NCBI GenBank assembly: GCA_000004695.1
Contig: CM000155.2
Location: forward strand, 352,001 to 416,000
Direction: 5' to 3'
Origin: Dictyostelium discoideum
Lineage: Eukaryota
DNA length: 64,000 nucleotides
Part shown: positions 38,601-52,869 of the stretch, in pieces
Layout of the letters: the number at the start of each line of letters is the position of its first letter
How positions within the stretch are numbered: the first letter of the stretch is position 1
Translations under genes and position numbers: made by a program
Notes under the pieces: model-generated
Seen by the model: the letters and a program-made list of their open reading frames with translations, nothing else
Told to the model about the DNA's origin: nothing
Database searches by the model: none

Positions 38601-39662
38601 ATGCCAATAATGCTTATGAATATATAAATCCAGTTAAACAATGTTCAATTCCAAATTGTAATAATCATGGTACATGTAATCAAAATACAGGTAAATGTGA
38701 ATGTAGTAAACCATATAGTGGCTATGATTGTTTAGCTTTTGACCAAGCAAATTCAGGAGGTACTACCACATCACCATCAACACAACCACCTATTGCAATA
38801 CCAGAATCAAAACCAGTTATTAATACTACAACAGGTTCAGCAGAAATTACAAATGAACAAACCAATTATAAAATATTATTAAAATCAATTGTTGAATTAG
38901 ATTTTTCAAATAATGTAGTTTTTGAATATATATTGGATGGAAAATGGTCACTTTCAGCTTCAAAAAATGGTGATTCAGTTGTAACAAATTTCACACAAAC
39001 CATTAATAATACAACTAAAATAACTTCGAGTATTGAAGATTTATCATCAGATAAGAATTTTACATTTGCAGGTATTGATTTCACTGTTAAAAGTGGATCT
39101 GTTAAAGTATCTGTTGAAATTTTAAATTGGTCATTCTTAAATTCATTAAATACACTTCAATTAAGAATGGAATCATTAGTTTCAAATGATGGTGATGATA
39201 AAAATAATATAAATAAATGTAATTTAGAAAATGATGAAACTAATGTATCAAGTGATCAAAATCCACTTCAATTTAATAGTAATTTAAATAATGTTAAAAT
39301 TGAAAGGAATGCTAAAATTCTATACGGTAGATTCTTAAATAGAGCATTATCAGATGGTAGACCAACATTCATAACAAATCAAATCGTATCAAATTCATCA
39401 AATTCGTTAATAGTAGGCATTAACCTACCACATTGTAACAGCGAATGTGTAATTGATCCAGACTTTTCAGTATTAGTTTCATCAGATTTTAAATCTGCAG
39501 ATTCTTGTTCTCCTCATTCCGAAGACTCCAATAGAAAGTGGGTATTACCAGTTTCAATTGTTGTCAGTGTTGTAGGTGCTTCTCTTATTGTCATTATTAG
39601 TGTTATGATTTATCGTAAGAATAGAACAAAAATTAAAATTGGAATTTCAAAATTAAAAATAA

Positions 39663-39673
<11 letters not shown>
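35673..39673 (+). CDS. Type-I membrane protein with a signal peptide, leucine-rich repeats, tandem EGF-like cysteine repeats and a C-terminal TM. Six-exon model with exons at about 35673..35920, 36050..36172, 36283..36556, 36655..36816, 36921..37219 and 37311..39673.
   Basis: Exon 1 encodes the signal peptide (MGKNK...LFLIIINLFLKTASA). Introns are bounded by GT(A/G)(A/T)GT...(a/t)ag. LRR-like motifs include LTHNNLTGVIPIK and DLSNNQYIGRLD. EGF-like repeats include CKNNCSGNGVCLAASSLCVCNAGFSGEDC and CNNHGTCNQNTGKCECSKPYSGYDC. The TM is VSIVVSVVGASLIVIISVMIY followed by RKNRTK. The ORF-track start at 37289 lies inside intron 5. Individual exon edges may be off by ±10 nt. Confidence 0.6.
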
Positions 39674-39697
<24 letters not shown>

Positions 39698-39712
39698 AAA
39701 CCTTTATTAAAT

Positions 39713-41608
39713 TTAATAATTTTTAAAATGATCAGAAGTATGTTGAACAAACTTTTTAAATTTTGAATTTTGATTATTTATATTATTATTAATATTATTT
39801 TTATCAAAAATTTCAATTAATTCACCAGAATCAATTACAAGTATACGATCAGAATCAATGATTGTATCAATACGATGAGCAATTGTTAAGGTTGTAGAAT
39901 TTGTAATATTTTCTTTAACTGATATATTTAATTGATGAGCTGTAAAATAATCTATACTACTTGAATGTTCATCAAAGAATACTAATTTTGGTGATTTTAA
40001 TAGAACTCTAGTTAAACATAGAAGTTGTTTTTGACCAAAACTTAAATTTGCTTGTTCATGAATGATTGTATCAATTTTCATTGGTAATAAAGAGATTGTT
40101 TCTTTTAATTTAACTTTTTCTAATGCTAACCAAATTTCAGAGTCTGAATAGATTCCAAATGGGTCAATATTCTTTCTAATGGTACCAGAGAATATAAAAG
40201 GTTCTTGAGGACATATACCAATAGAGTTTCGTAATTTTGATAAACTAATTTTAGAAATATCAATACCATCGATATGAATTGAACCTTTTGAGCATTCAAT
40301 CATTCTAAATAGTGCTAGCATTGTTGTACTTTTACCACTACCAGATTTACCAACAATTCCAATTTTTTCATTTGATTTTATGTCGAATGAAATGTTTTTT
40401 AATGATGGTTTTAAATTTGGACGATATTTAATTTCAACATTTTTAAATTGGATTTCACCTTTTTGAGGCCAATTAATTGGTAGATTAGACTCTAATTCCA
40501 TATCAACATTCATTGTATCACCTTCTCTTGGTTGGTTAATATAATTTTCAATACGTTCAACTGATGACATTTTCATTGAGAATTCAATATATTGACGAAT
40601 GCACCAATTTAAATAACCAGTCAAAGAGAGTGATGTTGTTACAGCCAATACAGATAAACCAGTGTTTGAATTAAATAAAGAAAAGAATGCTGATAAAAAT
40701 ACGGCAGCCGAAGAAATGATTTCAATCTTTATACCAATCCAACGATGAGCTGAAAAGTTGTAATAAAATAAACGTAAATTCACATTTATACTATCTTGCA
40801 TTCTTTTAATAAATCTTGATTGTTGTCGAAATGATCTAATTGTAATTAAACCATTAAAACTTTCAGATAATATTGAAAATATTGGAGATCTTGAAATGTT
40901 TTCTAATCTTTTCAATTCCAATGATGATGATCTATACAATTTTTGAACCAAATAATAAAATAATGCTAATAATAAAAATGGAAATACAATCAATGGATTA
41001 ATTACTATCATCATTAAAACCGCAACCAAAACTGTTGAACCACAATAAAGTGCATCTGAAAGTACCATTAAAATTAAATCAACTTCAGCAATATCTTTAG
41101 TGAACCTATTATTAATTCTACCAGAACTATTAATATCAAAAAATTGACAACTTGCATATCCAATTGATTTCAAAAGCTTATCATGTAAATTCTTTGAACT
41201 TGAATTTGTAAAATGTAATATCATAAAATACCTAATTCCTAAAAATACACTAAATAAACCAACCAATAGCAAATAATATAAAATGTAAAAAGAATCACCT
41301 TTAGTTCCATTCTTATTCTTCTTTTCATCACTCCAAATCGTTAACCAATAATCAAATAATAAAAACAAAAGTTGACTAATTATATACATCATTATCATTG
41401 TAAAAAAGAAAATAAATGATGAACCATATTTAATATACATTTTATAAATATTTAATTCAACAGAACCAGTTTCTCTTTCTTCATTTACTAATAATTTTGA
41501 ATTTAATTCATCATTTTTTGATTCAAATTCATTTGAAATAACATCATTAACATTTATAACTTGTTGTTGTTGTTCTTTTTCTAAATTTTCAACATCTTCC
41601 TCTTCTTC

Positions 41609-41643
<35 letters not shown>

Positions 41644-43813
41644 TATTTAATTCTAAATTTAATTTCTTTGTTTTCATAATTGATTCAAAATCAAATTTAT
41701 CTTTTAATTCTTGATAGGTTCCTTGAGTTAATATTCCATTTTCAAGTACAACAATATGATCAGCTGATGGTATGAATTGAAGTTGATGAGTAACTAAAAT
41801 ACGTGTTTTATTATTCATTAATTCACCTTGAATGCAATGATTGAATAAATGAGTTGCAACTTGTGGATCAACAGCTGATAATGGTTCATCTAAAATATAA
41901 CAATCTGAATTTGAATATAATGCACGTGCTAAATTTATTCTTTGTTTTTGACCACCTGAAAGATTAATACCTCTTTCACCTATATATTATAATTTTAATA
42001 TCCATTAATATATATATATTAATCAATAATAATAAAAAATAGAAAATAATAAAATAAAAATAATAAAATAATAAATACCAATTTCAGTTAAATCTTTACC
42101 AGGCATTGATTGTAAATCAGTTAATAAACTACATGATTCTAATACTTTTTTATATCTATCCATATCCATTGGTAAACCAAATAATATATTTTCTCGTAAT
42201 GTTGAATTCACTAAAAATGGTTGTTGATTTGTAAATGAAACTGTATTTGGTATTGTTACTTGACCTGATACTTTATAAATTTCACCAATTAATCCATTAA
42301 TTAAACTTGATTTACCACTTCCGACAACACCACATATAATTGTTAATTTACCTGCAGGTGCTATAAAATTAATATCATCTAATACATATGACGTTGTTGT
42401 TTCTATACTATCGTTATTAACTAATTCAATCATATCATCATCATCATTTTTATTTTCTTGGCTATCAACACCAACATTAATATTTTTATTATTATCATTC
42501 CAATCAAAAGTTCCATTTGTTATTAAAATATCTTGATTTGTACCATTAGTTGTTGTTATTGTTGATAAATTTTCAATAATTTCTGAAGTTTCATATAAAA
42601 ATTTACAAATTCTATCAGATGATGGTAAAAGTGATAATAATCTTTGTATTGCTTGGGGAAGTAATTCACATGGTTCGCGAAGATTTGAAAAAATTGATAT
42701 TGAAGTGAATGCAACTTCATAAGTAATCGATTTATTTGCAATTAATGTATAAACTGTAAATGATGAAACTAAAACTAATGCACTTGAAATTTGTACTACC
42801 ATTTTATCTAATGCCCAAAATGCCATTCTTTTATAAAGATTAATTAATTGTTGTTTTCTTTGTTTTTCAATTCTATTTATAAAGAATAGTTCCCAATTAT
42901 ATAACTTTAATAAATAAATACCATTAATCATCTCACTAATTAAATTACAACGTTTATCGGAATATTTCAATGAGAGTAACTGATATTTACTGACTTTTGA
43001 ACTTAGGAAAGTTGATAATGGTAATGACAAAATCATAATTAAAAATCCAACTAACCCGCTATACCCAATAGTCCAACAAAGTAATGCTAGCAAAGCTATA
43101 ATTTGAATGGGTGCAACTAATAAAATTAAATAATCAATCCAAAAGTAGTCTGCAAAATTTTGGCAATCACTTGATATTAAATTTAAAATCGTTCCAGAAC
43201 TGTATAGCCTTTTACCATAATTTGAAAGTTTTAATGTTTTTGAATAGATTTTTGAAGTTAATGCACCCTTTACCTCCAAACCACATTTCATTGTGTACCA
43301 ATAGGTATGTTGTAGAGAAATCGATAAAAACAAAGCACCCATTAATACTAACACTGCATAGAATAATCCCACTAAAAATGATTTTTCACTTGGTTCTCTT
43401 TGAACATACAGAATGAATGCTCTAAGACATAATGGTGATAAAACCGATACTATCGCTGAGAATATTTGAACGATAATTGAAGTTTTATGTCTAACCATTA
43501 CAAATCGTTTATATATAAACCAAACTAATCCAAATTTTTCATTTTTTTTAAATTTAAATTCATCTAAAATTGGTGTTGTATTTTCAACTTTAATTGATTC
43601 TGGTAAATCTGGTACATCTTTTAATTGTAATGTATTAAAATAACCATAAATTAACATTTTTTGTGTCCATGAATATGTTATTCTTGATAAAAATGATGCA
43701 CAATCTTCTGGTGCTATTTCATTTTCTCTTGATCCCATTAATTCTCTTTCCAATAATGAATATGATATTTTATTTTTTATTTTTTCTTTAAAATTTTTAA
43801 AATATTCTTTCAT
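39713..43813 (-). CDS. ABC transporter, ABCC/MRP-type full transporter (TMD-NBD-TMD-NBD). Model is join(42079..43813,39713..41979), about 1333 aa.
   Basis: Walker A motifs GVVGSGKSS in NBD1 and GKSGSGKST in NBD2. The ABC signature LSGGQKQR is encoded across the single intron, with donor ATTG|GTATTT at 42078 and acceptor atatag| at 41980, phase 1. Exon lengths of 1735 and 2267 nt keep the frame. Confidence 0.85.
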
Positions 43814-44019
43814 TTTATTATTTATTATTTATTATTATTATTACAAATAAATATTATTACTCTTATTTTTCATTTGTTTTTTTTTTTTTTTTTTTTGTTT
43901 TTTTTTCGTTCGTTTTTTATTCTAAAAATATTGTTTAAACAGAAAAAATAAAAAATGAAAAAAAAAATAAAAAAAAAAATTATGAAAATATGATTATGTG
44001 GACATTTTTTAAACAACAG

Positions 44020-44054
<35 letters not shown>

Positions 44055-44539
44055 GTTTGATTTATTTTAACAAATTATATTTTCTCTCCCTCAATCATTT
44101 TTATGACACCAACTTTAATTCAAACAGTCCTTTTTAAAAAAAAAAAAAATAAAAAAAATAAAAAATAATAATAAATATAATAAAATTAAGTAAAAATAAA
44201 AAAATAAAAAAATAATTAAATTAAAAATATTAATATTTATTTATTTTTATATTTAAATGTGGTAATGTTTTTGTAATGATAAACATTACACTACATTTTG
44301 TAAAATATATAATGTGTTACCACTAATTTTTTTTTTTTTTTTTTATTCAATTTACAAATTTATTTATTTTTCATTTATTATTTTTATTAATTATTAATTA
44401 TTAATTATTAATTATTAAATGTAATTTAATTAATTTAATTAATTTAATTATTTTTATTATTTTTATTATTTTCATTATTTTTTTTATTTTTTTTTTTTAT
44501 TAATTATTTATTATTTTTATTATCATAATTGTATAAAAA

Positions 44540-45265
44540 ATGAGTAATAATAAGAATAATTTAACAATTATTTTAGTTCATGGTGCATGGGGAAATTCAT
44601 TACATTGGAATGAAGTTTCAAAATCATTACTTAGAGATGGATATAAAGTTGTTGCTGTTGAAAATCCATTAACAAGTTTACAAGATGACATTAATAAAAC
44701 AAGAGATTTAATAGATGCACAAGATGGAAAAGTTTTATTAGTTGGCCATAGTTATGGCGGTTCTGTTATAACTGGTGCTGGTAATCATGATAAAGTTGTT
44801 GGTTTAGTTTACATTGCCGCATTTGCTCCCGATGAAGGTGATAGTTTATTTGGTATTTTCAGCAGAAGAGAACAACCAAGTGGCGGTGCAAATATTTTAC
44901 CAGCAGATAAAAAAGGATTCCTTTGGATTAACTATGATAAATTTCCAGAATCGTTTTGTCAAGATTTGCCAAAAGATGATGCTATGGTATTGTCAATTTC
45001 TCAAAAACCAATTCACTCAAATGGATTCTCTGATAAATTAAACTGTAAACCAGCATGGAGAACCAAACCAAGTTGGTACCAAGTTTCAAATAATGATAAT
45101 ATGATTCCACCTGAAACTGAACTTGAAATGGCAAAATACATAAATGCAAAGAAAATAATTCATCTAAATGCTTCACATGCTTCACTTGCATCACATCCAA
45201 AAGAAGTTTTTTCATTAATCACAGAAGCTGCCAATTCTTTAAATTCAAAACTTCCATCAAATTAA
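44540..45265 (+). CDS. Alpha/beta-hydrolase-fold esterase-like protein, carboxylesterase or methylesterase-like, with the nucleophile elbow GHSYGG
   Basis: The N-terminal strand TIILVHGAWGNSLHW (HG oxyanion motif), the nucleophile LVGHSYGGSV and a C-terminal His candidate (LNASHASLASHP). It is a 241-aa single exon. Confidence 0.7.
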   Translation: MSNNKNNLTIILVHGAWGNSLHWNEVSKSLLRDGYKVVAVENPLTSLQDDINKTRDLIDAQDGKVLLVGHSYGGSVITGAGNHDKVVGLVYIAAFAPDEGDSLFGIFSRREQPSGGANILPADKKGFLWINYDKFPESFCQDLPKDDAMVLSISQKPIHSNGFSDKLNCKPAWRTKPSWYQVSNNDNMIPPETELEMAKYINAKKIIHLNASHASLASHPKEVFSLITEAANSLNSKLPSN

Positions 45266-45696
45266 ATCAAAAAAAAAAAAAAACAAAAAAACAAAAAAAC
45301 AAATAAACTGATTAAAAACTTTTGGAAATCTTCAAAAAAAAAGAAATCCTTCACCTTTTTTTTTTTTTTTTTTTTTTCCAATATTTTGATTAATATTTTT
45401 ATTAATTTAAAAAAAAAAATTGTTTTTTTTTTGATTTTTTTTTTTGTATTTTCAAAATTAATTTAAACTTTTTTTTTTTTTTTTTTTCGCTTTTCTTTTT
45501 TATTTTCATTTTTTTATTTTTTTATTTTTTTATTTTTTTATTTTTTTATTTTTTAGATAATATTAATATTATCTCTTTCAAATAAATTTATAAATTTACA
45601 TTATTTAATATGGATATTTGAAATTTATTTATAAATTAATTAAAATAAAAAATAAAAAAAAAAAGACACAATTAAAAATAATAAAAAAAATTAATA

Positions 45697-45977
45697 ATGA
45701 ATAAAAACAATAACAATAATAATACACCAACATCATCATGGAAATCAGGAACTACTAAACCCACTACAACAACAACTACAACAAATACAACAACAACCAA
45801 TAATAATCCTACTTCACCTAATAAAACACAAACATCAAATGATCTTGATATTGTATCAATATTATCAGCACCACCACCTTCTACTAAAAGAGTTTTCGAT
45901 CCAACTTCTACACCAATAAAAGATAAAAGTTTGTATACATACATTATAATGGTTAAATAATAACACAAAAATAATAA

Positions 45978-46014
<37 letters not shown>

Positions 46015-48747
46015 GAGTACAGGAAGCACAGGTAGTAATAGTTCAGGTAGTAATAGTAATTTATCATCACCAACTAAATCATTAACAATTGAACAACAAC
46101 AACAGCAACAATCTATTGGAAGAAATAATAGTTTTAATATTGGTAGTTTAAAAGCAAATTCATTGAGTAATAGTTCAACAAGTATAGGTAGTGATGTTAA
46201 TTTTATAAATGATCCAAAATTAAAAAATACAAATAATAATAATAAACAACAACAACAACCAATAAATAAAGAATTAATTGATAGTATATTAAATGATGAT
46301 ATTAATGATGATGAGGATGATGAAGTTGGTGAAATAATAATAAATAATAATAGTACTATAAATAATTTTAATTCTGACACAGAGTCAGATTCAGAGGAGG
46401 TCGATCCAGAGATTTTAAAGAAAATATTGAATGAGCAAGATGATGATATTATAATTGACGAAAGTATGACAGTGGATGATATTTTAAAAGAGGTTGCAAC
46501 TCAAGAGGATCAAGAGGAGAGTGAACTATTGAATGAGTTTATAAAGTCACCAATTCTATCACAGATTCAACAGGAATTGGATATAATGGAATCACAGCAA
46601 CCAATGCTATGGCAATCGAGAAACAATAGGTTGGTAGTGAATGGAATTGTAGTGGAACCACAATCCTATACAAAGATATCTGAACAATTATCATCGAGCG
46701 ATATTAGAAAAGTGGTTGGATATCCAACATGTTTCACTGTGTCAAAGTTTATTTGCATTGGTACATCGCATGGGTATTTGATGATTTTCAACTTCAACCA
46801 AGAGTTACTATCGATTATCGGAGGTTCCATATGCTCTGATTGCGGCCCTGTCACCGCCATAGATTCGCCATCATGCAGGGTCAACGAGGACTGGCTGGTC
46901 AGCGGCCACCAGTCAGGCCATATCATACTGTGGGATATAGTGGGTGGCAAACCTATCAAGGTCATAGACAGAATCCATAAGTTGCCATTGGTACACTTGA
47001 AATTCTTTGCTGATGGCGCCAGATTCGTATCGTCCGATTCAAATGGTATCACTAATATCATCTCGATTACCAAAGGTTTCATGTCAATTGGTACCGATCA
47101 ACAATTGTTACTAAATGGTAACTTAGGTCCAGTATTGTCCATCGCGTTATTATTACCAGGCAATCACGACCATCCAACTGATAGACAAGGTATTGTGGCA
47201 TTAGCAACAAGTAGAAAAATATTAATTATTTCAACCTCAAGTGATGGTGTTTCAATTTTAAATAATAAAATTACAAAACCAAAAAATATTAATAATAATA
47301 GTGCATCAGAGGGAGGTAGTGGCGGAGCTTTACCATATTTATCATGGCGTAGAGTGATTTATAATAGATCATTAGGACATACTAAACCATTAGAACCAAT
47401 ACTTGCAATTGGTTGGGGTACATCAATTCAATTACTTCAAATTGTGACAGCACCAAATGATTTTAAATTTCAAGCACCAGAATTTATAGTTGTAGCAAAT
47501 TATCAAACTGATCATACAATTTGTGGTTTGGAATGGTTAGATAGTCAAACTATATTATTCCAAAATTCAAAAGATGAATTAAGAGTATTTGATCCATTCG
47601 CATTGGAGGAGGTTGAAAGTGTTAATATCAAATCTATGCAATTAATTCATCATTCTAAATATCAAGGTATTTCAGTATACTCATTTCATAGTAGTATTAA
47701 AACATTGAAATCTAGAATTTATTTCTTGGGTTTAAATGGTTTATTCACAGCACATATTTTAACATGGATAGAGAGATTATCAATATTGACCACCAATGGC
47801 CAATGGTTTGAAGCATTATGTTTAGCATTGGATTTCTATGAAGGTAAAGCTAAAGCCTGCACAGGTCTATCAAGTAATACTGTGGATTCTAAATACATCA
47901 CGTCAGAGAAAATCGTTGAAATCATATCAAACCTTTGTCAAAGCATTTTCAACATCACTCAACCGGAATTGTTGGCAGGTAAATCGTTAATACCAAAGAG
48001 CTACTATCAACAAATGGACCCTCGTATTGAATATCTCAACATTTACCAACAATTGGCATTGATTTCAATTGAATTTTGTATTGCTATAAAAAGAACCGAT
48101 TTACTATTTGGTGAAGTTTTTAATTATTTCTTTGATAATGATATGAAGAGTTGTATATTGGATTTCTTGGAACCCTATATTCTAAATGATAGACTCACTC
48201 ATTTAAACCCAGAGGTTATGCAATACATGATGACCTATTACCAAGATTTGGGTATATTAGTTAGAGCAGAACAATGTGTACTACATTTGGATATCTCTTC
48301 AATCGATTTTCATCAAACGGTGGTGTTATGTAGAAAACATGGGCTTTACAGCGCATTGATTTATCTCTACAATAAAGGATTGAATGATTATATCACACCA
48401 ATGGAAGATATGATGGAAGTTGTAATTAAACCAAATAATTTAAATAATCAACCAACTGAAATGGATAAAAATTCAAAAAGTGTAGCACAAAGATTACTAC
48501 TCTATTTACAACTTAGTCTATCGGGTAAATCATTTCCTAGTGGTCTAATAGCACCATCACGTGTTTTATCATTAAAATCTGAAATCTATGAATACCTCTT
48601 CCTTTGGAATATCGATCCTGATGATCCAACACCATATCCAAGAATTTATAATTTATTAAAAATGGATACAACTGAATTATTAAAAATTTTATCATTAGGT
48701 TTTTATGATAAAGGTTTTCAAATGTCACCAAATCAGCAACAGCAACC

Positions 48748-48778
<31 letters not shown>

Positions 48779-50983
48779 AATGAAAATAATGAAAACTATT
48801 TAGATGAAACTATACCACAATTAAGTGTACCAAATTTACCATTAAATTTCCCAGTTTCAAGATCAAATTTAACAACATTTAATATGATCTCTGTATTATT
48901 ATTAATTGTTATCGATAAGAGTCAACATCCTTATGAATTGAAACCAAATAATAAATGGCCATTTTCATTCCAACAACAAGGTCAACTGCTTTGTATATTA
49001 GGTAAAGTTTTCATTGATGGTTTATTTCGTGTTGATAATAATCTATTAAATAGAATCATTGGTATGTTATCAGTTACACCAATTGAAAATACACCAATGT
49101 TTGATTTAAAAACTAGACAAAGTGTATTATTAGATATTTTAAAGATTATACTCAATAATAATAATAAGAATAATAAGAATAATAATGGTGGTATGGCAAA
49201 TTTAGGTAGTGATATAAATTATGATAAATTATTAGTTAGTTGTGAAGGTAATGAATTCTTTAAAGTTTGTCAATACATTTATAGTATAAAGAATAATTTC
49301 AATAGAATGATCACTTGTCAAATTAAAGATCCAGATAATAAACAACATTCATTCGATTATATTAGAGAGATTTTAGCAAGACCTTCACTAACAATTGAAC
49401 AACGTGAAACTGTAAAAAATACATCAATTTCAAATTTAGCTCAACTCATTCTAATTGATAGTGTTAAAACTGCTCAATTAATTATGGATTGTTTCTCTAG
49501 TGATCATGAAAAAGTTTTAAGAGAATTAAGTTCATTTCCAAAATTACAATTTACATATTTACAAGGTTTATTTAAAAAAGGTACAACTAGTTCAAATAAT
49601 AATAATGGCAATAATAATGGTAATAATAATAGTAATAATAATAATAATAATAATAACAATGGTAATGGTAATAATAATAATAATGACTTATCAATTATTC
49701 AACAATATGGAATACATATTTCACAAGAAACTCATGAACTTTATTTAAGATTAATGTGTAATTTTTCACCAGAATTAGTTATACGTTATTTATCATCAAA
49801 TGATGATTATCCATTAGATAGTTGTTTAAAGATTTGTCAACAATTTAATAATTTGGAAGGTTCAATTTATTTATTAGAGAGAATTGGTGATGTTTTTAAA
49901 GCATTGGATATGTTATTATTGATATTGAAAGACAAGTTGGATGAATTATTGAAATACTATGTTCAAGTATTTGCAAATGTTAAACAATTAAAAGAATCTG
50001 ATGGTAATAATAATTTACAAGCACCAAGTAAGCAAGAGAAACAAGTGATGACTGATCTTTATTCGGCCATTTCATTATGTCAACGTAATTCACCAAAATT
50101 ACAAGATTCAGAGAATGAGCCATTATGGTTCAGATTATTCGATACCATTGTAACTTGTATTCAAAGAATTAAACAGCAATCGAATCAAGGTGTTTTTAGT
50201 AAACAATCGGCAATCTATTGGAAATCTTTGAATTTCCTCTCGAAATTAGTTCATTCAATTTTAAATTCAATGATGGGTTATGTTGCATTGCCTGTGATTC
50301 TCTCAAGAATTGTCAATGAATATGGTGGTAATGAGTTGGGTGATTTCAAATCAATTATCACCGATATGATGGATACTTGTACTTTTGAAACTATAATCTT
50401 AAAGACTGCAAATGACTTGATTCAAGCTGATATGTTCTCTGCCACTCAAACTTTTGTTGAAAAATTATCACGTGCTTACACTCCAAACATTTCAAAATGT
50501 GGTATGTGCTATCGTCCACTAAGTGAAGCTCCAATAGCAAAACAACAACCAAATCATACTATGGCACTTGATACATTAATTGTATACCAATGTAATCATA
50601 CTTTTCATTCTGAATGTCTTGGAAAACATAAAGTTTGTCCATTATGTTCAAAAGAAAAAGAACGAAAGAAATTACCATCATCATTAACTAGCAATAATAA
50701 TAATATCAATAATAAAACAGTACATCAACAACAACAACAACAAAAAGAAAAAGAAAAAGAAAAAGAAGATGAAGAATTATTAGATGCTGTCAAATTTGAT
50801 GTATCAAAATATGAAAAAGAGAAAACTCAAAAGGAAACTGCTAAATATATGGAAAGATTAGAAAATTATTCAAAATTAAATAGACGTATTGGTTATAGTA
50901 ATTATACTGCTTTTAAATCTTTTGAAAGTCATGATAAAGAACAAAAAAGTCAAAAACCAAAAGGTAGAGTACAACAACATATG

Positions 50984-51015
<32 letters not shown>

Positions 51016-51037
51016 AAAACAAAGACAAAGAAGATAA
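45697..51037 (+). CDS. Vps8-like CORVET/endosomal tethering subunit, with an N-terminal WD40/beta-propeller, an alpha-solenoid and a C-terminal RING-H2. Model is join(45697..45928,46014..51037), about 1751 aa.
   Basis: Donor is GATAAAA|GTTTGT at 45929 and acceptor is (t)n tag| at 46013, phase 1. The propeller segment is GYPTCFTVSKFICIGTSHGYLMIFNF...WLVSGHQSGHIILWDIVGGKPIKVI...KFFADGARFVSSDSNG. The C-terminal RING-H2 is CGMCYRPL...YQCNHTFHSECLGKHKVCPLC. The size and domain order fit Vps8. Vps41, Vps11 and Vps18 are less likely but not excluded. Confidence 0.65.
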
Positions 51038-51180
51038 AAACAATAAAATAAATAAATATATAAATAAAATTAAAAAAAAAAAATAGTGGTATTACAAAAA
51101 AAAAAAAAAAAAAGAAAAATATATATATATATATATACAGTTTATAGGGGAGTGAATAATCTTTTATTTATTTTATTAAT

Positions 51181-52869
51181 TTAATTAATATAAGAATTAT
51201 TATTAGTATTATTTAATTTACTATTTCTAATTGAATAAACAAAATAAACAATTGTACCAACAACTGTCCAAATTGCCATACGAATAAAACTAGCTGAATC
51301 TAAATGCATAATGAAATAGGTATTGATAATTATACCAAGACATGGAATAATTGGAACTAATGGACAAAGGAAATAATTACATGTACTTTTATCTAATGTT
51401 TGTTTTTTGAAACAAAGGAGGATGATAAGAGCTAATTGGATCACTGCCAATACAATTTGAATCCAAATTTTCCAACCATTATAACTTGCAGCACCAAATA
51501 CACAAGCGACTACAAATAAGACAAAGAGTACTAATGTGGATGGAATTGGACCATTTTCTGAGCCATCCTCATTTCTATATCTCATTACGACCACACCGGC
51601 GCAAACACAAGTGAATGCAAGTAAAGTACCAATACTAATCATATTAGTTAAATTATCTAAATCTAATACGATAGCGAGTAATGAAGCAAAGCCACAAGTG
51701 AAGAGAATACCAAATACTGGAACTTGTTTTTTATTTAATTCACCAAATTTCTTGAAGAATAAACCATCTTTGGCCATTTGGAGGTAGATACGTGGTTGAC
51801 CAATTAAGCAACATAATGTTGAGGCGGTTAATGAAGTTAATGTACCAAATGCAATGATCATAGCTGCCCATTTCATATCCAAACCATTGTGAATGAATGC
51901 ATCGGATAATGGTGAACCTTGGCTAACTTCACGGAAATTAACCATACCAGAGAGTACCAATGTTACACCAATGTAAAGAGAGGTTGCAATAACTAAGGAA
52001 CCGATAACACCAATTGGAAGATCACGTTTTGGATTCTTAACTTCACCTGCCAATGTTGTTACTGAATCGAATCCTACATAACTAAAGAATACCACTGAAC
52101 ATGCATTGAAAACACCATCGAAACCAAATGGAAGGAAAGGAGTCCAATTTTCAACTTTAACATAGATTGAGCCCAAAACAATGAAAAAGAGAATTGTCAA
52201 AATGTTGATACATGTAATGATCATATTGAATCTAGCGGAATCTTTAATACCAAATACCAAAATTATTGTACAAAATACAATTATAAGTGGTGCAATTGGA
52301 TTAATGTTAATCCAATCATTAATTTGATAACCTTGGATAAATTGTGGTGTTTTAGCACCGAAAATTGAGAAAATTACACTAAAATAACCAACCCAACCCC
52401 TTGCTACCGCCGATGCTGAAATGGCATACTCTAGTGTAAGATTCCACCCAACGAACCAACCCATATATTCACCCAATGAAACGTAGGCAAATGTATAGGC
52501 ACTACCAGATGCTGGAATACGAGCTGAGAATTCCGAATAACAAAATGCGGAAATTAAACAAGCAATTGCAGAGAATAAAAATGATAACAATGTACCCGGA
52601 CCTGCATAGGAGCTAATCGCAATACCAATGGATACAAAAACACCTGCTCCAACTGTACTACCGATACCATAGGAAATGATATCAAATACCGTTAGACATT
52701 TATTCAAATTTCCTTCACCATTGTTGGTTTGTTGATTGTTGTTATCATCATCATCTTGAAATCCATTGACTGGGTATTTTCTAATCAATGAATTTAAACT
52801 ATAAATTTTTCTATTTTTAAGTAGAGGTATATTTTGTTGCTCGCTTGATCGATTCAAGTAACTGGCCAT
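51181..52869 (-). CDS. Cationic amino-acid transporter/permease of the APC superfamily, SLC7-like, with 12-14 TM helices
   Basis: The AA_permease signature region GIGSTVGAGVFVSIGIAISSYAGPGTLLSFL...FCYSEFSARIPASGSAYTFAYVSLGE matches the CAT/SLC7 N-terminal consensus. It is a 562-aa single exon. Confidence 0.8.
   Translation of the reverse strand: MASYLNRSSEQQNIPLLKNRKIYSLNSLIRKYPVNGFQDDDDNNNQQTNNGEGNLNKCLTVFDIISYGIGSTVGAGVFVSIGIAISSYAGPGTLLSFLFSAIACLISAFCYSEFSARIPASGSAYTFAYVSLGEYMGWFVGWNLTLEYAISASAVARGWVGYFSVIFSIFGAKTPQFIQGYQINDWININPIAPLIIVFCTIILVFGIKDSARFNMIITCINILTILFFIVLGSIYVKVENWTPFLPFGFDGVFNACSVVFFSYVGFDSVTTLAGEVKNPKRDLPIGVIGSLVIATSLYIGVTLVLSGMVNFREVSQGSPLSDAFIHNGLDMKWAAMIIAFGTLTSLTASTLCCLIGQPRIYLQMAKDGLFFKKFGELNKKQVPVFGILFTCGFASLLAIVLDLDNLTNMISIGTLLAFTCVCAGVVVMRYRNEDGSENGPIPSTLVLFVLFVVACVFGAASYNGWKIWIQIVLAVIQLALIILLCFKKQTLDKSTCNYFLCPLVPIIPCLGIIINTYFIMHLDSASFIRMAIWTVVGTIVYFVYSIRNSKLNNTNNNSYIN

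Noticed and set aside
44540-45265. Horizontal-transfer origin for the intronless bacterial-like alpha/beta hydrolase
   Set aside because: Base composition and codon usage are indistinguishable from the neighbouring host genes. Being intronless is common here. I have no positive evidence without a database search.
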